A DNA stretch of 40,292 nucleotides from Octopus bimaculoides. Lineage: Eukaryota. The notes beneath the pieces are model-generated. The model was not told the DNA's origin. It saw only the letters and a program-made list of their open reading frames with translations, and did not search any database. Made by a program: the position numbers and the translations under genes. The DNA is taken from the NCBI RefSeq assembly GCF_001194135.2, contig NC_068988.1, positions 65,616,644 through 65,656,935 of the forward strand, in the 5' to 3' direction. Below are positions 24,907-36,369 of the stretch, one piece after another; positions within the stretch are counted from its first letter, which is position 1; every line of letters begins with the position of its first letter.

Positions 24907-26229
24907 GTTTAAAAGAGTTCCAACACTGTCTGTTTTTTATGTTTTATTTATATTCCTGCAGAGCCAATGTGGGGTATAGAATATGGAATATACAATATAT
25001 AATATAATATACAATATATAATATAAAATAAAATAAAATAAAAATGGGTAGCACCATGAAAGAAAGTNNNNNNNNNNNNNNNNNNNNNNNNNNNNNNNNN
25101 NNNNNNNNNNNNNNNNNNNNNNNNNNNNNNNNNNNNNNNNNNNNNNNNNNNNNNNNNNNNNNNNNNNNNNNNNNNNNNNNNNNNNNNNNNNNNNNNNNNN
25201 NNNNNNNNNNNNNNNNNNNNNNNNNNNNNNNNNNNNNNNNNNNNNNNNNNNNNNNNNNNNNNNNNNNNNNNNNNNNNNNNNNNNNNNNNNNNNNNNNNNN
25301 NNNNNNNNNNNNNNNNNNNNNNNNNNNNNNNNNNNNNNNNNNNNNNNNNNNNNNNNNNNNNNNNNNNNNNNNNNNNNNNNNNNNNNNNNNNNNNNNNNNN
25401 NNNNNNNNNNNNNNNNNNNNNNNNNNNNNNNNNNNNNNNNNNNNNNNNNNNNNNNNNNNNNNNNNNNNNNNNNNNNNNNNNNNNNNNNNNNNNNNNNNNN
25501 NNNNNNNNNNNNNNNNNNNNNNNNNNNNNNNNNNNNNNNNNNNNNNNNNNNNNNNNNNNNNNNNNNNNNNNNNNNNNNNNNNNNNNNNNNNNNNNNNNNN
25601 NNNNNNNNNNNNNNNNNNNNNNNNNNNNNNNNNNNNNNNNNNNNNNNNNNNNNNNNNNNNNNNNNNNNNNNNNNNNNNNNNNNNNNNNNNNNNNNNNNNN
25701 NNNNNNNNNNNNNNNNNNNTATATGTGATACGTACACATATATATATATATATATATATATATCATATGTATATTATTTATAGATAATACGTACGTGTTT
25801 AAATTATCTATGTGTATCTATACTCATGTATATAACAATGCATATATAGCAGCCCAACTGTATAAAATATGTGTGTGTGTCTGTCTGTATGTATCTATTT
25901 GTGTGTGTCTGTGTGTCTTTGTTTAATCAGGTATTTTTCCTTGCCTTTGAGTTTCCATTGTCCTCAACTACCTGCTATTGAGCTGCTGCTGCTGCCGCTG
26001 ATGACTTTATTTGCGGTTGTGTTGCTGTTGTCAAACTCCTCGTAAATCGCTATTGCTATTATTGTTAATATTATTGCAATTGATTTCTTAACATGGAAAG
26101 GAAACCAATTAATACAGAAATCGACACTGTTTAATTAACAAAATGACCGTTAAGTGGAATATTTATTGCATGGACATATAACTTCAGTACTGTTGCCATC
26201 AATTGTGCTTTCGTAATATCATTTGCAGT

Positions 26230-26560
26230 TACCAAAATGTGTGAAATAACGAAACATTCCCGTACCGCCAAAGTCGTATATACATTTGACCAAGATTAAA
26301 GCTGGCTGCCATGGCATTAACCGATACCAAAGCTAGTCCTGGATGATTTATTGTAAAATATGAATATTTATGAGTACACAAAGTTACAAACTCATCAACC
26401 TCTGGCATTTCAATTTGTCTAGTTGATAGTCTTGTATAAATTATAAAAAGGAACATAGTTCGCAAGTCATTTTTGTCACAGCTCCAAGACATGTGACACT
26501 GAACATGCTGATGTCCAGTCTGAATATCTACCGATTAATATCTGCAAATAAAACATTGTG
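26230..26560 (+). mobile_element. R4/Dong-like RT fragment (domains 2-3)
   Basis: KAGCHGINR...FNLSS**SCINYKK...LMSSLNIYRL, compared with QKGC...NLSxAWIDYKK...xxLxIYKI. Confidence 0.5.
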
Positions 26561-26694
26561 AGAATTAATCAATACTCTGTGATTGAAATTTGGTAGACAG
26601 AAATGTGTAAAAGCTTGTACATGTAAGCAGAGAGAGGGCAGAACGGTTAGTCTGTCGCATAACATACTTGCCAACATTTCTACTGTATCCTTAC

Positions 26695-26830
26695 ATTCGG
26701 AGGTCAAATCCCGTTAAGATTAACTTTGCCTTTCATCCTTTCGGGGTCGATAAAATCATGTGCTGGGATTCATGTAACCGACTTACCCCAACTCTACAAA
26801 ATAGCTGTGCTTGTGCCAAAAATAGAAATA
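26695..26830 (+). mobile_element. SINE family A, core and tail
   Basis: ACTTTGCCTTTCATCCTTTCGGGGTCGATAAAAT...CTTGTGCCAAAAATAGAAATAATAAT. Confidence 0.8.
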
Positions 26831-26974
26831 ATAATTTATCTTTTAGTCAAGAAGGAAGTCAGTACCCAAAATGCTTTTCAGAGTTTCCGAGAAGAGAAGG
26901 ATGTAGGAAATTGTCTACATCCTAAAGGCACTCAGAATGGCAGGTGGTAAGGTTTGACCGGTCAACAGATTAAG

Positions 26975-27310
26975 TCTACCAGTGGGTTCAGACATAAACA
27001 CACTAGCACCAATTCTCAAACGGTGATGGTGGTGGGGACAAACGNNNNNNNNNNNNNNNNNNNNNNNNNNNNNNNNNNNNNNNNNNNNNNNNNNNNNNNN
27101 NNNNNNNNNNNNNNNNNNNNNNNNNNNNNNNNNNNNNNNNNNNNNNNNNNNNNNNNNNNNNNNNNNNNNNNNNNNNNNNNNNNNNNNNNNNNNNNNNNNN
27201 NNNNNNNNNNNNNCACACACACTCACACACACACACACAGAGGCAGCATTGGGACTGAACCCCGAAACGTGTGGTTGGATACTAAGCTTCTTACCATACC
27301 TGCGCCTAGA
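26975..27310 (-). mobile_element. SINE family B spanning a gap in its internal repeat
   Basis: 3' portion before the gap; (CA)n and head (GGGACTGAACC...TGTGGTTGG) after it. Confidence 0.7.
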
Positions 27311-27654
27311 CGCCTGTAAGCACGTATAAAATCGAAGTTTGCTAGTATGTGTTTTTGTGTATTTCTGGGTGTATGCGTGTCTCTCTGTTTCTACATATCT
27401 ACCTGCCTGCCTTAAATTGACTAGAATTCTTCCTAAAAAGATGGAACTGGTCACGAAGGAAGAGGTAGAGTTTCCCTACTGAGATTGAGATAACTGTTAC
27501 ATACTGAAATTTAGTGTAATCTTACATGTTTCTACAGTTCAGTTTACAAATTGCTTTAGTAAAGTTCATGTTTGCCGTTTTTTCTTTGTCTGAAAATCCT
27601 AAAACATATTAACGTTTTCAGATTGTAAATTATTTATTAACAATCAAATAAATG

Positions 27655-27691
<37 letters not shown>

Positions 27692-28773
27692 ATATATATA
27701 TACATGTAAATTCACACAAAAACACACAGAAACACACATACACACATTCTCTCCCCCCTCTCTCTCTTAAACACCCACACACCCACACCCACACACACAA
27801 TTGCACTAGCAAAGGATATAGACGTCAGCGAAAAAGCCAAAAAGATCGGTGCTTTGGCCACAAGATCCCTTGAGTTGCACTCCGTCCTTTGTCACAAATT
27901 GTGATATATAAAAACAAACCCAAATAAAAGTATGACGAAAATGAAGTACAATTTTGAAGAATGTTGGCATAGAAAATCTGCAATATTACCATAATGATAA
28001 TAAAGAATGGTTACCTAATAATTAATCAACGAAATTCTTACTGTACCGGATATAGACAAATTATACGTGCAGTAATTATTTAGTGTTGATTATGTAAGGC
28101 AACTATGAAAAACTGAAATAATCTGTCAGACAATTCTGCATTTAACATACAAACTATAACCCAGAACATGTTATTTCACGTATTAAACAATCTTATAAAC
28201 CACTGTAACAACGGTTGCAACGTTAAATCGTATTCTTTCCCGTTCATGCAACAACTTTTGTTACATCATTCTTTCACTTTCACTACATGCTTGACTTCAA
28301 ACGAGCACATCAAGTTCATCGCTTATATTTAGTATCGCTCTACAGTAATTTTGGTCACTTTTGTTGGAATCTTTCTTCCGATGAAGGCGGTGAATTGACA
28401 GAGTAGCTAGAGTTGGATTGAATGCATCACGTTTTATGTTCTGACTGTCTTGTCTGCTGCTTGAGTTAAAAACCCACCGAAAACCATTTTGCCTTTCATC
28501 GTTTTGGGTCGTTAAAAAGTAGCAATCCATGGTAGTCTGTACGATATACTGAATCTTGAAGTGGCTTAAAGACTGCGAATATCAAGAAGTCAAAAAAGGT
28601 CTTTACAACAGACCCTTGAGCATGTAAGTTTAATAAAGAAAACCTTGAGTAGCAAGGTAACGTAAAAGAGCGTTAAGGGCCAGGCTGCAAATATCAATAC
28701 CTCTCGAAATATATGTAAACTGATTTGAACAGTTTCCATGCGTTTTTAAAGTTGGATAAAATCGGGTCTACTA

Positions 28774-28991
28774 CGAAGGGGTGCTGAAAAGGTCCTGGCT
28801 TTAAGGGTATAGCGAAAGGCCTGGCTGGAGGCCCGAACTTCTGAGTTCTTTTACAGGGCTTAGAAAATTTGAAGGACCGCTGTAATAAGTGTGTGAATCA
28901 GAGAGGGGAAATATGTTTAATAAAATCATAATTAACTGATCCTCCTGTATTTTCTTTTGCCCAAAGCCAGGAACGTTTCAGCATGACCTCG
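28774..28991 (+). mobile_element. 218-bp mariner-derived MITE with TA TSD
   Basis: TIRs CGAAGGGGTGCTGAAAAGGTCCTGGCTTT and AAAGCCAGGAACGTTTCAGCATGACCTCG; TA at 28772-28773 and 28992-28993; interior GLENLKDRCNKCVNQRG is a mariner transposase C-terminus. Confidence 0.92.
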
Positions 28992-30179
28992 TATGATTTA
29001 ATTATTTCCTGTTCAACACGGTCTCAGACAAAGTCACTTTCCAAAAGTAAATTCAGTTCTGAAAACTTTTACCAAGACTCGGAAAGTCTGTTTGCGTGAA
29101 CTAAGAAAGTAAGGAACGTCACTAAATACCGAAATATATTGTTCGACGCTTTAGTATTCTGTTACTTGTAATAATATAAATAACCATGATCTTGTATCAA
29201 TAAATGAATTGTAAACACAGTATGTACAAGGACATTGTAGGCTGAAATATATCATAGCATTTGTGATATTTATTTTATCGACGTCATGGAGAAGTAATAT
29301 AAATTTTCCTATGTGTACAGTAAACAATGTCTAAAACGTTTACACAGTTTATACCCAAGTGTGAACCGTAGGAGATTACATGATTGTTACCAATCCCTTC
29401 CTGACTGCGTGATTTTCCTTCCATAAATTCAACCTGTCTCTGTCAAGTTTGATTTCAGTGTAGATATGATTTCGGTAAATAAACATTTACTGGTGCTGTA
29501 AATTGTTTTAACCATCGTGTATATCACTAATAATCGTTGCAAATTAAAGAGAAGTGTGTGCATTTCTGCATTTAGTATAAAGATACAGATATAAACATAT
29601 AACTACGCACACAGACTCCATACACACATATAAACACACCTATATATGTACATATATGTGTATGTATGTATGTATGTATGTATGTTTTGAGAGAGAGACA
29701 AATAAAGATAAAGTATTGATTGAGAGATAGATAGTGAAAGCATTAAGAAAGGAAATGAATTAGCAATTCAAAAATCAAACCAACTACTTAATGACTAATT
29801 GTTTGGAAGGCTACAAGAACGCTGACCATGCATGTAATATTATGTAAAAATGGTCGAAAGCCGACATTGAGCATCCGCCATTGAAAGTGACCCCAATGAT
29901 CAAACTATATCTCTCGTAATTAAGCTTGGTAATATACTGATGCATATTTATGAAGTTTCATTAATTCATATGAATATTTCTGTGATGCCAGTTCGTCTTG
30001 TTAATGCCAATCGAGCATAATGAAGAATCCAAAAGACAGACATGTTTTCCGTTTTTTTTCCCACTCTCAAACATTCTCTGCAAATTCATAATATTGCAGG
30101 AATGAAAGTTTACTTAAATTAAATTTCCAATTGAAAGGTGTTTGTGAGTATGTTTACTTATATATGTTTGTGCATATAT

Positions 30180-30400
30180 GATCAAATTGCTGCCAGACCC
30201 AGCAACACCCACTCTCATACAGATGGCACGACCCTTCTTTTCTTCCTCATTTTCTCTAACCATGCATCACCTTCCCGCAACCTAGACATCACGTGCCAAA
30301 TTTGGATCGAATCCATAAAAGGTGATCTTCAGAGCTTCTTTCATTGGAACCATGCCAAGCCTTGTCTCTTTCAACAGAAAAAATAAAGAAAATATTTATT
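30180..30400 (-). mobile_element. Short, internally deleted R4/Dong-like thumb relic
   Basis: KITFYGFDP (LTMYGxxHP-like) and KVMHG; three blocks collinear with 22995-23495. Confidence 0.4.
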
Positions 30401-30565
30401 ACGCATAACCAGAAAATATCACTGCGCCACACCTCTCTAAACATGAACAGCACTCTGCCAAGCTCTCATAGTCGTTCCAGATGCTGATCTTTGGTATCAC
30501 CATACATCTCACTTGCCGATATATATATTTACTTATTCAATATAGTCTGTCTTATATTTACTTAT

Positions 30566-30620
<55 letters not shown>

Positions 30621-30925
30621 GTCTGTCTGTCTGTCTGTCATTCTGTCTGTCTGTGTGTCTGTAAGAGGCATTACTATAGATGGATTTCTCAGCAGAACTC
30701 CTATGCATTTTTTACGTTCTAGCTTTTCATAAGATCCGCAGAACGTATGTGATACTTTCTGACCCCGAGTAGCAAAGAACTGTCACCAAACCTTTTCCAC
30801 TAGTGCTTCTGACGAGCTCTGGGGTGGGTTTTCCTTCTACCTTTGTCATGCAAAATCGATTGGTAAAATCAGGTAAAATGTATTTATAATGCAGATCTAC
30901 AAATTTAATATATTATTATTATAAA

Positions 30926-31013
30926 AGCGGCGACCTGTCAGAATCGTTAGCACGTCGGCAAAATGCTTATTAGCATCAGGCCTGTCTTTAAGTTCTGATG
31001 TCAAATTTTGTCG
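30926..31013 (+). mobile_element. SINE family A head, truncated next to the PLE
   Basis: GCGGCGACCTGTCAGAATCGTTAGCACGTCGGCAAAATGCTT...GTTCTGATGTCAAATT after an (ATT)n run. Confidence 0.8.
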
Positions 31014-31025
31014 AATGTGAAGTAC

Positions 31026-32559
31026 TGACAACTTGAATTTTTATCTTCTAAAAATTTTTATTTCTTAACTCATAAAAACGAGCACAAAAAAAGAACGTTT
31101 GCACTACACACAGAATATTGTCTCCATTGAAAATTATCTTATTCTACATTCGCTCATACTGTGCATTTAATATAGTAAAATAATGGAGGAGAAATTTCTG
31201 GAGTTGTCAACTAAAAGCATCCCAATACCACCTAGAATTCTATATAGAGAAATGCTGTTACAAAAAAATAATCAGTGAATTTATAAGAAGATTAAGATGG
31301 CGAGGGGGGGGGTCCTATTAAGACCCGATATACAAACGAAACAACAATATTAATTACGAAAGCAATCATGCTTTCAATAATTTTAATTTAAAATCTTGCA
31401 GAAACCCTCCAACTAATCTGGGTTTATTGATTTTTGAAAAGGATCTCATCCATAACGTACAGAAATTAAAATTTCAGGAAGTTACCAATACACTCTATAG
31501 TAAGCTGCTTCAAAATTATTACGGATATATAGTACTCCCCAGACTTGCACGTGTTATCTGATAAAACCGGAAATGTCTACTCAATTCCAACTGATGAATA
31601 TAATAATCTATTATTGAAGGAATTGAGCTCTAAATACAAAGTAGCTATTAATAATGGTCGAAATGAAATTAAAACTAATCATTACAAACTTATCAAAGAA
31701 TTAAATCTACTGATAAAACTGAACCCTAATACCCGACTTTATATTAAAAGATCAGAAACTGGATTTTGGAAGTAAACCTGGCATCAGGTTAATTTGTCCA
31801 ACTAAATCCGATTTGGGTAGTATTAGTAAATCCATAATGGATAAAATTCTCCCTCACATTAGACGTAGACCTAATAATCTGCCTCTATGGCAATGCAGAG
31901 TGGAGATCCTGGACCTCGATGATAATCATCTCATCAATCTGTTCCGAAGAACATTCGGGTTGAGGACCCTGGATAATTACCAGAAGTCTCTGACCTGGCA
32001 ATGTTACCGAGGAGCCTAACTTATTTAATCATTCGACGTCCCCCCAACAACAGGAACTCATCATGTAGAATTTTAAATGAACCTTACCACAAGCAATAAA
32101 CACTGAAAAAGGAAATATTATTCTACGGAGTTGACTATGGAATGTTCCTACAGCCCCTTAATATTTTCTGAAACGGCCGTAGGTTTTAACTAATGCTTAT
32201 TTTCAATTAACTATTACCTTCTTGATATTTCGTATTACTGAACTCTAGTTATTCTCCCTCGAATATATGTATCTACACACGCATACACAGTTTTCATGTT
32301 TTTATATCTTACTTCATTTACACCTGATATCTTATTTTTATTATATTTTTTTAATTATTTTTATATTTTGAATTTTTAATATAAACATGTATCGCATCCA
32401 GGTCTTATAAAACAGTTAAGCACAATTACATTTTCGGATGACAACTGGAATTTTCATCTTCTGCAAATTTTAATTACTCCTTAGCTCATAAACGAGCCCC
32501 CCCCCAAAAAACGGTTGCATTATACATTGAGTATTTTCTCCATTTAAAATTATCTTATT
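31026..32559 (+). mobile_element. Penelope-like element, deleted derivative with direct pseudo-LTR repeats
   Basis: From ATG 31183: MEEKFLELSTKSIPIPPR...EFIRRLRWR; SDKTGNVYSIPTDEYNNLL; PGIRLICPTKSDLGSISKSIMDKI; later LI*SFDV and INTEKGNII. Direct repeats of about 120 bp at 31026-31143 and 32439-32559; followed by (TA)n 32563-32625. Confidence 0.85.
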
Positions 32560-32560
32560 G

Positions 32561-32628
<68 letters not shown>

Positions 32629-33519
32629 TACGTATAGACAAAGAACAACGGGAGGGAGAGAGAGAAGGAGAGAGGGTACTATCTACGTACATGCGTGTTA
32701 GTGTTTAAATGTAGAAGTGTTTGTTTGTAACATTTTTGAAATATTAACAATAACAGTTTAATTCAAATAAAATAATTATAAACGATTTATTAGTCATTTC
32801 TTTGTTTATATTTAGCTTGAAAACAAATTAGAAAGAAAATTTAGTCAATAGCGTGTAATTTTCTTTGTCTTATTTTTAAAATCATATTTAAATTAATAGA
32901 TTTTGAATTGCCAAAAAATATTGAACGCTGATTAGCAACACCAGTGTTTAAATTTCAAATTTAGATAATTATCCAATTAATTTTATATTGATTGAATTGC
33001 TTGCAAACATTGAAAGGTTTTGATTATTGAAATTGAATAAAAGAAGACATTCAAATACCAAATAAAAGGTGAAATATCATTTTGATTGATGCATTATATT
33101 ATTGTAAATCTTTATTTATGAGAGTGGAGTGCTGTGATGCTATACCACACACACACGCGCGCGCGCGTGCTGTTAAAGATATAGGTATGACTATATACAT
33201 ATTCACACCGTAATGGTGCAGTAGTATTTAATTGTATTATCCACAGTGTAATAATACAACAGTAATTAATACTGAGTAATAAAACAATGTAATAATGCAA
33301 TAATAATTAATACTAATATTACGTCTAAACGTAATATTATGTAAATGGCCTGTACCATTCAAAATCTTGCTTAAATTCGAAGTTCACCTTCACCTCTGGT
33401 AAAGGGCTCTAAGTGGTTTTTGGTAAGTCATAAATACGATAAAACCATTAGCTTAGTTTAACCTTCATTCCATATTATCAAAAGCCTTATGGTTTAACAA
33501 TGTGGCTTAATTTCTCAGC

Positions 33520-34113
33520 GAGATAGTTGGCTGTCTAGGAAGAAGTTTGCATCCCAAGCACATAGTTCCGGATTCAGTTATATTGTGTGGCTATAACCTC
33601 GGGACAACGAAAGCCTTGTGAGTGGAGTTAGTAGAGAGAAAACGAGAAGCTTGTTCCTGCTGAGCCGATTTTGCCTCTTTCATCTCTCCTTGGTTGTACC
33701 TCTTCTAATTTACTAAAGGCACTCTAAGGCTTTTGTAATACTGCAGTATTACGACAGCATAGGCTTACGTCTATATCTCATACAATCTATATATATATAT
33801 ATATATATGAGATCGNNNNNNNNNNNNNNNNNNNNNNNNNNNNNNNNNNNNNNNNNNNNNNNNNNNNNNNNNNNNNNNNNNNNNNNNNNNNNNNNNNNNN
33901 NNNNNNNNNNNNNNNNNNNNNNNNNNNNNNNNNNNNNNNNNNNNNNNNNNNNNNNNNNNNNNNNNNNNNNNNNNNNNNNNNNNNNNNNNNNNNNNNNNNN
34001 NNNNNNNNNNNNNNNNNNNNNNNNNNNNNNNNNNNNNNNNNNNNNNNNNNNNNNNNNNNNNNNNNNNNNNNNNNNNNNNNNNNNNNNNNNNNNNNNNNNN
34101 NNNNNNNNNNNNN

Positions 34114-34159
<46 letters not shown>

Positions 34160-34390
34160 TGTGTGTGTGTGTGAGTGATGTATATAGATATGTGTTTGGG
34201 TTTTGTTTGACCTCTACAACTTGTGTTGGTTTGTTTACATCCCCGTAAGTTATCCGTTCGTCAAACGAGATTGAGAGAATAAGCACCAAACTTCGATAGA
34301 AAATCATTAGAGTCGATCTGTTCAACTGAACCCTACATTGCGGTGCCCAAGCATGGCTGCAACCCGGTGACTGAGACAAGTAAACGATAA
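33520..34390 (+). mobile_element. SINE family B split by extra sequence, (TA)n and a gap
   Basis: 5' half at about 33520-33652 (AAAGCCTTGTGAGTGGA); 3' half at about 34190-34390 (GTTTACATCCCCGTAAG...GACTGAGACAAGTAAA). Confidence 0.65.
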
Positions 34391-35049
34391 GTTTGGAAAA
34401 CGCATGGATATAACACGTTGTATCCATGTTTCTGGATTCGTGATGCTAATGCGTTTCTCAGTGGCATTAACTCAATAAATGGAGTGTAAATGGCACCCAT
34501 GGAGAATTGAAACTGCATCGAAGACTGTAGTCATTATATCATTAGGTTAAACTGGACCTAAGTATTATAATTTTACCCTAACTAGTTTGTAGAACAATCT
34601 TAATGATTATTTCGCAGCTCACAAAAACTCTTACGCAAATATAGATATATCTTATTTTTTATTAGTATCAAAGAACGTTAATATCCAACTTGATATATTT
34701 TTATATCACCACCCGAGAAATTAGTGTAACTTCAAAGACATATACGAATAATAAAAGAAAAAATGAAATCAAAGCAGAAATATATAAAACAAACATAAAT
34801 GGAAGAAAACAAAACCAATAAAAAAACAACGATATTCGTTAGAAATGCAAACTGGAGTATTTGATAAAAATGTTAATAGTCGCGAATAGTGTTGGTCATG
34901 TGAAAATTACCGAGAATGGAATAATTCTGTCAAAGGATGCTCAAAATTCATGAAATGGAAAAAAAATGATTAAACAGAAATATATAGCATAAAAATTGTG
35001 AATATAGTAGAATGTAGAAGTAAAGACGAATTAGTAATGAACGAATGAC

Positions 35050-35244
35050 ATCCAAGTTGATGATAATAAGAATGGTGGTGGTGATGATGATGATGGTGAT
35101 CATAATGATGATTGCAGTGCTACTACGGTTGCTGCTGAGGTTTATGATAGTGATGTTAAAATCATGATGATGTAGAGTACAATACTGATTGGGACATCAG
35201 ACACAAATAGTAGCAGTAGTAGTAGAAGCAGCAGCAGCTCTGCT

Positions 35245-35281
<37 letters not shown>

Positions 35282-35357
35282 CAACAGCAACAATAACAAT
35301 AATAATAATAATATTAATGATAATAATAATCATTATTATTATTATTATTATTACTAC

Positions 35358-35402
<45 letters not shown>

Positions 35403-35410
35403 TTTTATTA
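35050..35410. repeat. Compound trinucleotide array (GAT/GTA/GCA/AAT/ATT)
   Basis: Directly visible; includes an AAT-to-ATT inversion. Confidence 0.95.
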
Positions 35411-35429
35411 TTGAGTGAGAGAGCCTTAA

Positions 35430-36220
35430 GAATTAGCCTAGACGCTATGGGAATCAAACTGTAGAAAGCTTCAGGAACGATAGGGTCTCAAAGTTACGGA
35501 AAGAATATTTAACAGGTGCACATAGTGCACTAGCAATATCTAAGCTCTGATGGAAAATCCATCTTAAATCTCAAGACAAAAGAAACATAAGCCATTAAAA
35601 CTACAGGTTCATAAACTATCATTATGCAGCTAACAAAGCCCTAATGCAATAATATCACAGAAGATATATAAATAACGGAGAAATAACGGAAAAGCAACAT
35701 TTGTCTTGATTGGCAGAAGCAGTGCTTCAAAGGATCAAATGACTATAAATATCAAATATTCGGCGAGAGATATACAACCGGAAAATGTAGGAAAAGACAG
35801 GATTGATTAACGGAAGGCTTTTAACAGTATTGATCACACATGGAATCCTGGAAACAGACAGCAACGAAGTTGCTACGATAATAAGTAGATACATTAAACA
35901 TGTTATGACTAATTGGTTAACAATTATGTTGATAGACAAAAGGCGGGAATATGTAAAAACCAGCCCCATCTGTATTAGAATTCAAATATTCCAAGGGGAC
36001 TCCCTCTTTCCAATAATTTTCTGGCCAAGTTGACACCTTTAACCAACAAGTTAAACTGCGCTGTACTTGAATACAAGTGTTATGGTAGGAAAATTAGCTG
36101 TGTCTTGCGCAGTGACATCCTCAAGTTATACACTGCAACTTGGAAATCGCTAGAAACATTGCTACAGATAACACTTACGTATACTAGAGGGATTGATATA
36201 AAATTCAAATTGGAAGATTA
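35430..36220 (+). mobile_element. R4/Dong-like RT fragment (domains 1-6)
   Basis: ID*RKAFNSIDHTW; KHVMTNWLT; IRIQIFQGDSLFPIIF; KISCVLRSDILKLY; IDIKFKLED. Confidence 0.82.
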
Positions 36221-36369
36221 GTTTTTACAGGGTGGTCGTGGAAATTAGGAAAACATAAATTAATAAATGATACCACAATCACATTTTGTAGAAAATGAAA
36301 ATGTCTTTCTGTGGAATATGAAAATAGAGAGAAGGCGACGAGAGCGCGAAGCGACTGCACAGTAATATA

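Noticed and set aside
26229-26535. About 100 open codons on the minus strand ending at a GTAACT donor-like site
   Set aside because: No recognisable product; the strong upstream acceptor is out of frame; the plus strand fits a Dong RT relic better.
26898-26923. 9-bp stem-loop AGGATGTAG...CTACATCCT
   Set aside because: Isolated; chance level.
27526-27598. Short minus-strand exon candidate (TTTTAG|...CAT|GTAAGA) reading GFSDKEKTANMNFTKAICKLNCRN
   Set aside because: Splicing to the nearest downstream acceptor gives an immediate stop; no homology; may be TE-derived.
28200-29500. Further faint Dong-like words (SIHRLHRKK; LNLWKENH)
   Set aside because: Too weak to call without an HMM search.
33735-33752. 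Perfect 18-bp palindrome GTAATACTGCAGTATTAC
   Set aside because: A single 9-bp-arm palindrome is not unexpected in about 36 kb of AT-rich sequence; no supporting context.
34403-34428. 12-bp-stem hairpin followed by CTGG (Helitron 3' end?)
   Set aside because: The next base is A, not the T expected at a Helitron insertion site, and no matching 5' TC end was found.
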